Shown in pieces: positions 45,149 to 64,000 of a DNA stretch of 64,000 nt. The notes beneath the pieces were generated by a model that worked only from the letters and a program-made list of their open reading frames with translations, ran no database searches and was not told the origin of the DNA. Position numbers and translations under genes: made by a program. Each line of letters opens with the position of its first letter. The stretch's first letter is position 1. The stretch comes from the human T2T-CHM13v2.0 reference genome, Homo sapiens: NCBI RefSeq assembly GCF_009914755.1, contig NC_060939.1; one strand, written 5' to 3'.

Positions 45149-45255
45149 TTTTATACCCGCCACATCCTCCCTAGGCGAGGCGAGGCCCGCCCCGCCCCGC
45201 CCCGCCTCCCCCTTACACGGCCCGCTCCCACCCCAAGTCAGGGGTGACTCACCCC
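45149..45255 (-). promoter_or_regulatory. ANXA2 core promoter: TATA box, tandem GC boxes, AP-1 site
   Basis: TATAAAA (minus) at 45149-45155; (GGGGC)n Sp1/KLF boxes at ~45186-45212; TGACTCA at 45245-45251. Confidence 0.85.
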
Positions 45256-45906
45256 GGCCCGCCGGCCCGCAGGGACCGCGCCCTGGAACGCTCCCGAGCC
45301 GCGCCACGCGGGAGCGGCCCCAGCGCCCCTGGCCCTGCCCTCCGAGAAAGCCCGGCCGAGGCTGCCCCGAGGCCCACAGGGACCCCGTTTCTTCCTCCTT
45401 TCCTCATTTTACTTCTTAAGTGCCACGTCGAGCTCTCAGCCTCGGCTTGGGTTAATAAATTAACAAGACTTTAGTAGTAGACTCTGGGCTTGATTAAGTG
45501 GCTTTTTTTTTTTTTTTTTTTTTTGGCGTTAATGCAATGGAGGAAAGAATTGTTCCAAGAAACATAAATCTGGACTCCCCTGAGCTGGGGCTGTTGGCAT
45601 CCAGCGCCCCATTACCGTCTGCAAACATGTCAGCTTAACCTCTGGCCGCCAGTTCCCGGGGGGCGCCCGGGGAGGGAGGGAGATTCGCCCTGTGCTGCAA
45701 AGCCTGGCCCGCCCCGGCCTCCGAGCGCCAGGAAGCCCCGAGCCTGGGCTGGGAGGCCAAAGCCGGGAGCCAGGATCCCACCTCAGTCCCGCCCAGGGTG
45801 GCGCCCCTGTCCCTAGCACGGCTGTGCTCCGCTTCTCTCCGCGCCTGGGGCATCTCTGCGCGGCCTCGTGGCAGGCAGTCCTGAGCGGGGTGGGGCCCAT
45901 AGCTTT

Positions 45907-45918
45907 GAACCCGGAGTT

Positions 45919-45972
<54 letters not shown>

Positions 45973-46046
45973 TTCGAACCCGGAGTTTCAACAAAGAACT
46001 TTCCTCTCCTTCTTTCATGACTGCTGGGGTGTGTGTGTGCGTGTGT

Positions 46047-46081
<35 letters not shown>

Positions 46082-46134
46082 CTTGCAGCCGTTTAGCCAA
46101 CTCCCTTGCTCGGTGTTGCTGTTACTCGCTTTTC

Positions 46135-46198
<64 letters not shown>

Positions 46199-46478
46199 GT
46201 TTCTTGCAGCAGAGAGAGAGAGAGAGAGAGAGTGAGATAGAGAGTTTCTTGCAGCCAGTTAGCCAACTCCCTTGCTCGGTTTTGCTGTTTCTCACTTTTC
46301 TTCCAAGTGTGTGTGTGTGTGTGTGTGTGTGTTTCTTGCAGCCGTTTAGCCAACTCTCTTGCTCGGTTTTGCTGTTTCTCGCTTTTCTTCCGTGTGTGTG
46401 TGTGTGTGTGTGTCTGTGTTTCTTGCAGCCGTTTAGCCAACTCCCTTGCTCGGTTTTGCTGCTTCTCGCTTTTCTTCC
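45907..46478. repeat. Compound array: (GT)n/(GA)n microsatellites alternating with a ~60-bp unit (4 full copies, 1 stub)
   Basis: Unit TTTCTTGCAGCCGTTTAGCCAACTCCCTTGCTCGGTTTTGCTGTTTCTCGCTTTTCTTCC at ~46079, 46245, 46332 and 46418. Confidence 0.95.
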
Positions 46479-47659
46479 AAGAGTCACGTTGGCAACGTGC
46501 AGGCAGACACCTATTTGTTGTATGTGAGACGACGCAAATACTGTATTCGAACCTCAAACTAACAGGAAAGCGACGCTGAGAATCCCGAGGATCTCTGGCT
46601 GCGTTTTTTAAACCCCTCCTTGCACACTACTTCCTGCAGCTCTTTTTCCTGGTTTTGATGATTCTGTGTTTCAATCTCCCATTTACCTTAACATCCATTT
46701 TTACTTTCCATTTGAGCGTCAATTCACTCCTGGGAATCAGAGAATGATAGCAAGGCCAACAGACATTCAGTGCTCTGCCCACTCGCATAGAGTGACACAG
46801 GCAAAGTCGGCCACAGCTGAGGTCTTTTAACCCGCCCAAAGCTTTCTGTTACCCAGCGCTTTCACGAGGAATTATACGCGATGGGCCCTACCACAAAGCC
46901 AAATAGAAAATCAAGCAACACTTTGGGTACAATTGCTGATTTACATTTATAGCTCTTCAATTTAGCCTGAAAGCTTCAAAGTCAGAAACAATGTTTATCT
47001 GCTTACTTTGTGTGAACATTTTGGAAGGTTAGGGGAACACAGGCAGACAGTAATATTGGGCACGATTCAGCCTCCCTTCTGTGTATCTCAAGATAGGTTC
47101 CACAGTCTCTTACTCCTAATCGTGCTGTGATAGGCCCTTTACAGAAGATAAAATTTAATTCAAATCATGTGGAATATATAAAAGCCATCAAATGTCCAAA
47201 AGAGTTTTGTGCTCATCTTGGGCATGCCACAAATTCTAACTTCTATAGATTTGTACAATCACCAGTCTTTGCATCATGCTAAAGAAATGTGCACTGATGT
47301 TATCATAAAAATGAAGCTATTAGAAGTCATAGTTTGCTATTTCTGAGGAATGTGAGGCCAGTTCTTCCAGTATAAAAGATCTTTTATTAGTCAGAAGACT
47401 CTATTTTCCCCCCTGGTTGAGGAGAATGTTTACATCAGCCCTCAGATTGTCTGCTGTTGTCCATATTGTTCTCTAAGTGCTTGACTTTGTTTTGTTCACA
47501 CTTCATCTGCTGCACTCAACACCTACTAGCGCCTAGCTAGCAATGATAGGCACTCACTAAATGTGATAGAATGATAAAATACAATTATTCACTGAATAAT
47601 AGAATGTTAAAGCAGGGAGGGGCCCTAGAGATTAAATTGCCCTATCCTTGATTTTTACT

Positions 47660-47962
47660 ATTATTATTCTTATATCTTTTAGTTGAGATCTCACACTGTC
47701 ACCCAGGCTGGAACGCATGGCATGATTAGGGCTCACCGCAGCCTTGACTGCGGAGGCTCAAGAAACCCTCTCCTCTCAGCCTCTTGAGTAGCTGGGACCA
47801 CAGGCCCACGCCACCAAGCCTGGCTAATTTTTCTATTATTTGTAGAGACGACAAAGTCTTGCTATGCTGCTCAGGCTGGTCCCGAACTTCTGGGCTCAAG
47901 TGATCTGCCTACCTTAGCCTCCCAAAGTTCTAGGATTACAGGCGTGAATTACTATACCCGGC
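47660..47962 (-). mobile_element. AluJ-like
   Basis: Reverse dimer; flanked by CTTGATTTTTAC. Confidence 0.85.
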
Positions 47963-48049
47963 TCTTGATTTTTACATATGAAGAAATTGGAGTCCAAATA
48001 AAATCTCCTGCCCAGTCCAGGGATTAAATAATGCACCCAAGGCCCTCGT

Positions 48050-48395
48050 ATCAGTTACCTTTGCAGTATAACAAATTATCCCCATAAACTTAGTGGTTAA
48101 ACATAACCATTTACTTGCTTGTAATTCTGCAATTTAAGCAGGACACCCAGTGGGGACAGCTTGGTGCTCCTCCACAGCATGTTGGGTTGGGTAGCTTAGT
48201 TGGGGTTGGAAGATTGAAAGCAGCTTCATTCATTTGTCTGGCGCCTGAGCTGGGATTGCTAGAATGACAAAGAGCAGGCTGGGCCTTTCTCTTCCTTGGT
48301 CTTACATCCTCCAGGTTCTCCTCTTTTGCTACACCACAGTAGTCATGGCAGCCAGCCTTCTAGAAGCAAAAGCTGAAGCTGCCAGGCCTCTTGGC
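48050..48395 (-). mobile_element. MaLR LTR fragment (MLT1G/H-like)
   Basis: ataacaaattatccccataaacttagtggtt...cattcatttgtctggc motifs. Confidence 0.6.
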
Positions 48396-48555
48396 TCACA
48401 GGCTGTGCAAAAACAAGCAATAGGCTGGATTTGCCCTATGGGCTGTAGTTTGCTGATCCTTGTTTTAATCCATTGCCCTACTCAAGTTTTTGGTTTTGCC
48501 CTCTGATATCTAGGCTCCTCCCTTTAAGATGTATTTCCTTCTTAAGAATGGCCCA

Positions 48556-48859
48556 GGCCAGGCATGGTGGCTCACGCCTGTAATCCCAGCACTTTGGGAG
48601 GCTGAGGAGGGCGGGTCATGAGGTCAGGAGATCAAGACCAGCCTGACCAACATGGTGAAACCTCATTTCTACTAAAAATACAAAAAATTAAGCTGGGCGT
48701 GGTGGCGGGCGCCTGTAGTCCCAGCTACTCGGGAGGCTGAGCAGCAGGAGAATGGCTTGAACCCAGGAGGGGGAGGTTGCAGTGAGCTGAGATCGCACCA
48801 CTGCACTCCAGCATGGGTGACAGAGCGAGACTCCGTCTCAAGAAAAAAAAAAAAAAAAA
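48556..48859 (+). mobile_element. AluS
   Basis: Full dimer; TSD AAGAATGGCCCA. Confidence 0.92.
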
Positions 48860-49274
48860 GAATGGCCCATATTTGTAGCTGAGCAGTTCTCTCAGTCTGC
48901 TTCATTCATGCCAGGAGAAACTGAAAGGTCTAGAAACTTCTTTTCATTTTGCACTTTTTCTGGTTTAAGCTGGCAGTTGTTTCATTAATACAAGTATCTT
49001 AAAAACCATGTAGATTTTCCATATCTTATTAAGGTTCACACCATGCTCCAAGATTTATATACAATTTTCTCAAAAACTTTATTTATATAAATCTTGCTGA
49101 GGTTTAATTCCATGTTCCAAGATTCACATTCATTTTTTTTTTTTTAAATAGATCTCTCTCTACTTTACATGTCAGGCTGCAGTGGGACAATGCACTTAAG
49201 ATTCTTAGAAGCCCTGAGATCGTCTTCGAAGTACCACATTAAATCTTTCTTGGAGTCTTTAAAAAGAAGTTTTT

Positions 49275-49630
<356 letters not shown>

Positions 49631-51151
49631 TCATTGGCTTTTTTAGTCTTTGCAGCAGCTGGCCTTGCTGAACGCATAGTAAGACCTCAATAAATCCTTG
49701 TTGAATTCACGTGTCATGACCCAAACCACACAGAGTACTCTTGGTATGGACAAACCACAATGTCTATTTTGTTTGGAGGCATTTCCAGGGAAAAATCTGC
49801 AGTGACTTCAATGTCTCTTTCTCAGCTGTAACAGACATTTTTGACCTCAGTTCATTCTCTGAGACAGCCAGAATTCTCTTTCTGAGACATAATTCTGATT
49901 ATATGACCCCTCTCCAGAAACTCTTCCCAGCAGGGCTCTGACCTACCTGGGCAGCCTCATTCCCCCACATCTTCACTCTTCACCGCTCCATGTGCCACTG
50001 CTGGACAGGCCAGGCTCATTCATGCTTTGTACCTTCCTCCATCCTGTTTTCCTGCTGGAATGCCCTTTCCTGCTTTCCTCAGTGGTGAACTTTGCCTCAT
50101 CCATCAAGCCTCAGAGTAAATATTATTTTCTACTGCAGAGCAAAGGCTTTCCCAAGCCCTTCAGGCAGATTTGACTACTTCTCTTGGCATTTTAAAAATA
50201 TACCTCTCCTCTTGCAATTGTCACCTCGCATTGTTATTTTTTAATTTGTTGGTCTCAGCAACTAGGCAGGAGCTTCTTGGGGACAGGCATTTGGATGTTT
50301 CCTCTTTGCATTGACATTATCTTACCCAGTACCTGTTACTATCAGATTTTTCTCCATAAACGCATTACCTTGCCTTTGTTCATACTTAAACTCACCTGGC
50401 AAAAATTAAAATGTATAGTATTCAGTGTGGTGAAAATGGGCAAAATGGGAATTCTCAGACATTATCGGTGGGAGGGCAATTTGTCAGTATCTATCAATAC
50501 TTAAAATACTCATGCCCTTTGATGCAGTGATGTTGCTTCAAGAAAGCTATCTTGAAGAGAGAGCTCTACGTGACCATAACAATATATGTATAAGGACATT
50601 TATATCAGCATTTTAAGATTGAAACACCCTAGGTGGCCATCAATGAGGCTAAATTAAATTAATTTTAGAGTATGTGTTCAGTGGAATGAAGCTGCTGAAA
50701 GGAATGGAGTAGATCAACATGTTCTGACATGGACAGATTTCCAAAATATAGTGCTAAATGAAAGAACAAGCAGAATGTAAGTGCAAAACTGTGTCTTGCT
50801 GGATTGCTAAGTTACGATATGATGTATAAAACATTATGAAAACTGATTTGGCTACAGATGCCCACTCTGTCAAGATCATTCCTATATTAACCCACTGGAA
50901 TATTGGGATGCTTCCTGAGGTGTAAGCATCTTATTCTTAACTCAGCACATTTTACTGCATTTATACATTGGCATGTCAGAGAATGAATATTTCAAACCCT
51001 ATCAGCCTCTATTGTTTCTTCCAACAGCATTTTTCCATCTAATTTTGTAGAAAATACAAATATTTAGCTGCTAAGTGTCTGTTATCAATAGAAAAAAAAC
51101 CCTAATTCTGCAATACAATACGTATTTCTTAGCCATAGAGCCTATTCAAAA

Positions 51152-52192
<1,041 letters not shown>

Positions 52193-55134
52193 GTCAAACA
52201 GAATAATATGACTAAATTGATTCTATTTATGTTAATATTTATGTGTATTCACACATTTATGTGTATATTCATATATGTCTGCATAAGTAGGTTCATGTAA
52301 GCACATATGTAAATATATGGAAGTATGTACACCAAAGTGATATTGGTCAGCTTTGGGAAAAGTATTTGTTCAGGAGAGTGTTCACCTTTACTACATATGC
52401 TTGTTTGCATTGTTTGATTTTTGTTAACAGTTAATAGAGACACCTTCTATAGTTTTAAAAAGAGTTGAAAAAAAAAAGACATATAGCCAGCGAAAAGAAG
52501 GGCTGTCTTCTTACACTTAAGATTATGACAGGTCATGCCAGGCTTTGGGGAAAACTTGAATCTTTTTGATGGTATTTTTCATGTATATTTAAGAAAACAA
52601 TAATTTAAAAATCTATAAATAGAGGAAAAGATGGACATCATAGCACTCTCTGCTGACAAAGAAAACACTCAATATTGTAACATCTCATGTGATTTTGTTT
52701 CTTCTAGTTATAATCTATGAGAATACAACTTAGGCAGAGCCAATGCTTATATATTTCATACAATGCATGAAGAAAAAAAGCTTGCTAAGCAAATTAATAT
52801 AATAAATAAGATAACTTGTGGCATGAAGTTTATGGGAAGGGTAGAGCACATTTCTTTGTTCATATAAGCTTTGTATTGTTTGTATTACATCTTTTATCTC
52901 TTGGTACTATGACTGTTTATGTTTCAGGTTGCACCATCAAACTAGGAGCTCCTTGTTCATCTTTGTAACCCCAGCGTGGGGCTCATAACATGCTCTCCAT
53001 GTTGAGAGACCTGACGTTGTTGGAGTGGACTCTATTACTGGATACTCTGATATTCATCATAGAACTCAGGAGGCTTGGGCTCCGGTCCTAGCTCCTATAT
53101 AAACTGGGTGTACTTGTACATGTCACTTAAGCTCTCTGGTCCTGTTCCTCACCTGGAAAATAAGGGTCTTTGACTAAAAAATTATCAAATTCTGTTTTAG
53201 CTCAAAAACTTGATCCTTAATATGCAAATGTAATAATTTAAGCACATTAATCATATACATGCACATCTATATTGCCAAACACAGACAAGATTTATCTGTT
53301 CACTGAAAAGGCCCAATAGGATTTCTAAATGGAAGTACTTTGAATAATAAAATTAAACCTTTTTACAAGTAGATCAATAGATCATTTTTACCAAATATGA
53401 TTGGCCTTCTTTCTCTGAATTCCTTTTTTGTTCAAATTAGGAGGGGTATCCCTGTGTAATTGAATACATGCATATAAAGTTGTTGCTTTCATTCAGACTC
53501 TTTGGATTGTGGGGCCCCAGCATGTATTTAGCTCCTAGATTATTTAAACATATAGCTGCAATTGAGAAATATCACTTTAAAGTAAAATAAAGCTGTGTCG
53601 AATATCATTAAGATAATTATAACAGGCAACTGTTAAATGTCCATATGTTGCAAAGGAACTTAGGTTTCTAATAAAGTGAACCTGTGATAACATACTTAGG
53701 TGACTAAATATGGGTATATACACTAAGGACACACTTAAAGCTATCACTAGCAATAGAGTGCAAATATTCCTCCCCACTCTTCAGGGAGTGTTGGCAAGCA
53801 GCAAGCAGAATGGAACCCAGTTTTGTAACCCAAGAGGCCAGAGCTGGTATATGGTTGCTTTGGGAGAACATGAGAAGTTGGAGTACAGCTAAGCTAGATA
53901 CCAAGGGAGAAGCCAAGGGCACTCTGATCTGTTAAAAAGTCTGAAATACAAGAGCAGAATTTAAACAGAGGGGGAAGCCAAGTTCTATGGCTGGAAGAAC
54001 ACAAATGCAAGTAGGAGGGAAGCAAGGAGGGAGGGGACAGGCTGCAGCTGGGGCTGGGGTGGCATCCATTGCCTCTGTGACCATGATGCTGGGAGATTGG
54101 GTGAGGTTGGAATGAATCGCTGGCATGCATACTAAATCATCTCTGCCATTTCTTCAAACAATGCAAAAAAGAGAAGAATAGGAAGGAGAAGGAGGAGGAA
54201 AGGAAGAAGACAGTGGAAGAGAACATTGTGAGGGAGGATACCGTGACATTGTGATACAGAGAGCAGTGAAGGGAGAGGTTTATACTCCTGACTACAGCAT
54301 AATGACATTTTTTCACATCTAAATTTTAGTTTTTACTTTCTGAGCCAGTTAATATAAAAATACATACATAAATAAATTTTAGTTTCTTAGCATCTGGAGA
54401 ACAGAATATTTTGGCCCAGATCATCTGTAAATTCCTTGCTAGCTCTTACATTTGTAAGACCCTGCTAAAACAGTCTCAAATTCTGTAAGACTCAGTTAAA
54501 ACAATCACTGAGAGATTCATAAACCAACTTTATTACTCAGGTAGTAGAATTTTAGTTCAACTACTTAACATTTTGGCATCTGGTTTTCTTGGGGTTTTTG
54601 GTAAGAAGGCCTGATTGCTTTCTAATAGGGTGGGGTCTCAGAATTGTGTTAGAAGCAAAAGGCAAACAGATGGGTAAGCTGCTCTAATCAGCTCAAGCTG
54701 GAAAAACAAACAAACAAAAAAACCAAAAAAACCTCTTTTCTCTTAAAATGAGAGGTTGGTCTTCCCCAAATTCCAATGCTCCACTCCCTGATTTGGAGAT
54801 GAATCAGATGACTTCACTGGTCTTCCCCTTCTCTGATTTCTATGATTCATCAGCTAAAGCAACTAGGGAGGGGGAAGAAGAACCCTTCCAGTATTCAGGT
54901 TATATTGCAGCTTAAAAGGAAGGAATCTAAGGAAAAACTGTTAGAATTGTAAAATAATGAAGAAACAAACTTATAATACTCCTAACTAAGACATATTTTT
55001 AAAGAGGACTCCCTATTCTGGTAATTATCAATTACATGGACTTGGCTGTTTATCAATTGTTTTATAAATATTTTTCTATGAAATCAGTAAAAAAGAAAAA
55101 AGAACGCATCGTAGAGATAAAAACCTTGTTTCAG

Positions 55135-55445
55135 GCTGGACGTGGTGGCTCACGCCTGCAATCCCAACACTTTGGAAGGCCAAGGTGGGAGAATTGCTTG
55201 AGGCCAGGAGTTTGAGCCCAGCCTGGGCAAAAAGGCAAGATCCCATTGTTACAAAAAAAAAAAAAATTAGTTGGGTATGGCAGTGCACATCTGTAGTCCC
55301 AGCTACTCAGGAGGCTGAAGCAGGAGGATAGCTTGAGCCTATGAGTTTGAGGCTGCGGTGAACTATGATTCCCACCACTGCACTCCCCCATGGATGATAG
55401 AGTAAGATCCTGTCTCTAAGAAGAAAAAAAAAAAAAGATAAAAAG
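55135..55445 (+). mobile_element. AluJ-like
   Basis: Full diverged dimer. Confidence 0.88.
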
Positions 55446-56625
55446 AAATCTAATTGGTTTTGACCATCTGAAAAAGCTGCCAGTATCTACCTGATTATAA
55501 TAATCAAGGAACCCCCAAGAGTCATTCAATTTAACTAACATTGAGTATCCACTAAATGCCAAGCCAGGCAGGGCTACACAGCACATATAATAGGAAGAAA
55601 CATCAAACTCCACCTTAAGGACTAGTGGAAGTTAATATGTAATGATAATTTGACAAATGCATCAGATATGAAATCTAAGTGCCAGGAGAATACAATAAGA
55701 GAATGACTAATTCTGTCAAGGAACAGTTCACCATTAGAGAAAGGAAGTAAGCCATTCCATCTTGGCCAATGCATTAAAGTTGCTCATAGTTAGTTGAAGC
55801 CATTGCACAACCATGAAAGAGGAAATGTAACATAAACCAATGTATTCTCTATCAGCAGGAAGTGGCAATGTAGAGAGGTGTGACTGTTTATTTTTAAACA
55901 AACCATCCAGTATAAAAACAGGTGAAGAGAATTAGTCATTAGAGAAGGTAGGTATTTGATTAATGCCACCATTGTGAAGATAGTTTTGGAAACCCTCTGC
56001 TTAAGTATTTCCCTCAAAGCTGAAGGCAAATTCTGGTCACTTGAGAGGAGTTTTGAGGAAGAGCTAGCAGTCATTCTGGACCAGGGCTGGTGATTAAGAG
56101 GGGAAAACATAGTAGCAGAAGAGGATACTGATTTGATCAGGCCCTCATTTGATAACACTGTTCAGTGAACTCAGCAAGATTTATTTTCTGGTTGTAAAAA
56201 ATATTTAATCATTCTGATATGAGGGCTGAAGTGGATATCTATCAGTCCAATCAAGATTTTGGACTTCCTGAAATACTCAATATTCAAAATCATGTGATAT
56301 TATTTAAAAGTAATAATTTGGTGAGGGTAAAAATGTTCAAAAATGTAGTGAACTGAAATGGAATATTCAATGATAACATGAGTAATGTACTTATACAGCA
56401 AAAAAGAGTTTAAAAATCCAGTATTCCCACAAGCAAGGGAATAGCTAAGTGTGATGTGGTTTCCAATGAATGACATCAGCCCTATGTAAGTCTCCACAGG
56501 AACAGGCTAACATCTGCCATCCCCTTTCTCTTCCAAAACCTGTGGTATTCTTGTGGGCATTCTGGATAACTGGAACAAGCTGAAACATGAACCCAGACAA
56601 CAAAAGAGTTAAGAAGGTACAGACA

Positions 56626-56999
<374 letters not shown>

Positions 57000-57266
57000 T
57001 CAAAGATGTTGACCCCTCTCCTAGGGCTGCAGCTACTCTTCCTTCATAAACAGAAATCATATCTTGGAATAGTCAACATTGCTTCTGTTAGTCTACTAAT
57101 AAATTATGTATATTATAAAATTATCTGCCCTGTTTTGTTAAAAAAAACATGAAGCCCTTATACCCTTAATATCTAATTAAAAAGGAATGGCAGAGAGGTA
57201 GGGGAGAATGGCCTGGGACCCACATGGGCTGACAGTACAGGTCTCCATATTACCATTTTGTTTTAA

Positions 57267-58490
<1,224 letters not shown>

Positions 58491-58552
58491 CGACTTTAAA
58501 AAGGTTAGGAGAAAGACCAGCTAGACAAAAAGTAGCATTTAAAGAGTTATCC

Positions 58553-58857
<305 letters not shown>

Positions 58858-59216
58858 TTAGCCATTATTTTTTTAAGTGACTTTCTTGGAAGGTTACCAC
58901 ACTTTTTTCCACATTCAAAGTTCACTTCCAAATGATATAATTCAAATGTAATTCTCCAAAGAAAAATTTTGAAAGGAACCCCTATCCCATTTAGCTTTGG
59001 AGCCTAGAAGAAGGAGAGGCACCTGCCCCACTGTGTGTGAGGGTCTGTAGTTCTTACCCCCTTATTACTTATTTGTTCCACTCCAGTAGATTTAAAATCT
59101 GCACCTTCCATCTCCTTGGCTTGGCTGCATTCTCACCATATGGCAGGCATATTTAGTACACAGAAACAAGAGTGAACAGCTTGCCAAGTAGGACTGATCA
59201 CTGTAAACTTAGGGGT

Positions 59217-60320
<1,104 letters not shown>

Positions 60321-61615
60321 AATATCCAGGTTTGACCGATGAAAATACCAGGACTTGAAGAGGGAAGAGATAGGGCCTTAGCAAATGGCAGAGTTGAGAC
60401 TATGTTTCAGTGCTCTTTCCCCTTTCCTCCCCTAACTGCTTCTTCCAACAAAATCCAACCCTGAGCTGGCTACTTCTAAGACTCAACCTCTCATACTTTT
60501 CTTCCTCTGAAAGTTGCAGCTGACAGTCTTAACATTCCGAAGACTTCCTCACCGCTGGATGTGAATTAACTCTAGCACTGGGCTCCTGGGAGGCAGAAGG
60601 CTTGGCTGACAGCCTTGTATGCAAAATGACATTTAGGCCTTAGGCACTTAGTCAGTTACAGAGTCCTGCTCCTTAAGAGTAAAAGTTTTCAGACGCTAGA
60701 GTGTAATATCAAAAAAGCCAAACCGAATTAGGAACGGACCTATCACTTTATTAGCCTCCCAACATGCACACATAGACAGAGCTATGCAAGCCTGCTGCAC
60801 TGTGACTTCACACGCTCCCCCACCCCACTTTCCGAACTCAGAAGAAACTCGTTGCGCATTTCTACAAGACTGCAGATTGGTGCTGGACAGAAACTATTTC
60901 CAACTGCCCATTGTGGCACTTGGGAGTTATAATTTGCATCACTTTTGATGGGGCAGAGGGGAGACATTATACCTGCAAACAGTGTTCAATTATTTATTTT
61001 TCACAATAGTAAAACTCTTGTTTGGGTATTGTTGGGACCCATGACTAGATATTAGTTAAAAATAAGACACCAATTCCCTAAAACACAGACCAGACATAAA
61101 ATACATTCTATTCTTAGTTGTATAGAAATGTTAACTCTCTCATTCAATTAAACAGGTGGATCTTAATCACTTGATCATTTATTCTGGATCCCTTTCTGAC
61201 TTTCAGTTGAAAACTTCAGGGACAAATGTAAATATTGTCTCATGAAGGATTATGTAGTCAGTGAGACTGTTCCCAGACATGATACTCTCATTATTTATTT
61301 GGAGTTCCATCTGAGAGGTTAAACCAAAAAAGCTTTAATTTTTTTTTTTTCAGTTTCAGTGGCTTAAGTTGGACAGATGTCTGCTGAAAAACCAGTTTGC
61401 AAAACTGTGTATGACTCATGTTTACTTGGCGTTGGAGAATATTATCTATGGATGGTGAGGCGTAGGAAAGAGTGGGCATATTTTCAGCACACCAGTGATT
61501 GGGCACAGGTCTCTCCCTGTGAGAAGAGGTAAGCTTTTTGTTGTTGTTGTTGCCCCAGGAAGAAGGACAGACTACATACTCAGGTGGAGACAAGTTTTGG
61601 CTGAAAGATAGAATG

Positions 61616-63625
<2,010 letters not shown>

Positions 63626-63686
63626 TAATGAACCTGATGTGTAACCTAAGTCCAGGCCCTTGGCCCTAGCAAAGGGGAAGAGGAGT

Positions 63687-64000
63687 GTCTTAGTCTATTT
63701 TGTGCTGCTATAACAGAATACCACAGACAGGGTGATTTATAAAGAACAGAAATGTAATTCTCACAGTTCTGAAGCCCAGGAAGTACAAGATCCAGGCACT
63801 TGCGTCTCGTATGTGTCTTACTGTGTCCTCACATGGTGGAAGTCAGAAGGGCAAGAGCGGATGAATTTTGAATCCTCACATGACAGTAGATCAGAAGAGG
63901 GTGAACCCACCCCCATACACCCTTTTCATAATGGCCTAATCCATCCATGACCTAGCCACCTTCCCAAAGGCCACACCTCCCAACACTGTTGCATTAGAGA
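63687..64000 (-). mobile_element. MaLR LTR (MST-like), runs off the window
   Basis: tgtcttagtctattttgtgctgctataacagaataccacagac...tctcacagttctg motif. Confidence 0.8.

Larger units (their letters stand above)
44550..45900. promoter_or_regulatory. CpG island spanning the ANXA2 TSS
   Basis: Strong G+C and CpG enrichment around exon 1; boundaries estimated by eye. Confidence 0.85.

Noticed and set aside
44631-45900. GC-rich ORFs around the promoter
   Set aside because: Expected in a CpG island; no recognisable protein apart from the ANXA2 extension.
45907-46478. CRISPR-like repeat-spacer appearance and the VCVC/ERER/THTH ORFs
   Set aside because: Spacers are dinucleotide microsatellites, the DNA is primate, and there are no cas genes; the ORFs are STR translations.

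Overview
Human (or very close primate) genomic DNA covering the 5' ~45 kb of ANXA2 (annexin A2) on the minus strand plus ~19 kb of upstream sequence. I resolved the TATA/GC-box CpG-island promoter (~45.1 kb), non-coding exon 1, an extended coding first exon (18-aa N-terminal extension), two candidate alternative 5'-UTR exons and coding exons 2-8 (196 codons); later exons lie off the left edge. The window also holds a full-length SVA with a 16-bp TSD in intron 3, an RPL36A processed pseudogene in intron 1, an RPS10 processed pseudogene upstream, about 35 Alu/FLAM copies, and L1, MaLR, MIR and DNA-transposon relics. There are no prokaryotic systems, and most ORF-track entries are repeat-derived noise. 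The least explained structures are: (i) a ~220-bp non-Alu inverted repeat pair in intron 3 with a near-identical core; (ii) a ~314-bp fold-back palindrome fused to a truncated Alu upstream of the gene; (iii) exon 2-3 and 2-6 phases that would give a stop-free rolling-circle ORF if back-spliced; (iv) a retrocopy whose TSD is the polypyrimidine tract of a uORF-loaded alternative exon; and (v) a 60-bp repeat array spaced by alternating (GT)n/(GA)n tracts next to the promoter. Repeat subfamily calls and boundaries were made by eye and are approximate.
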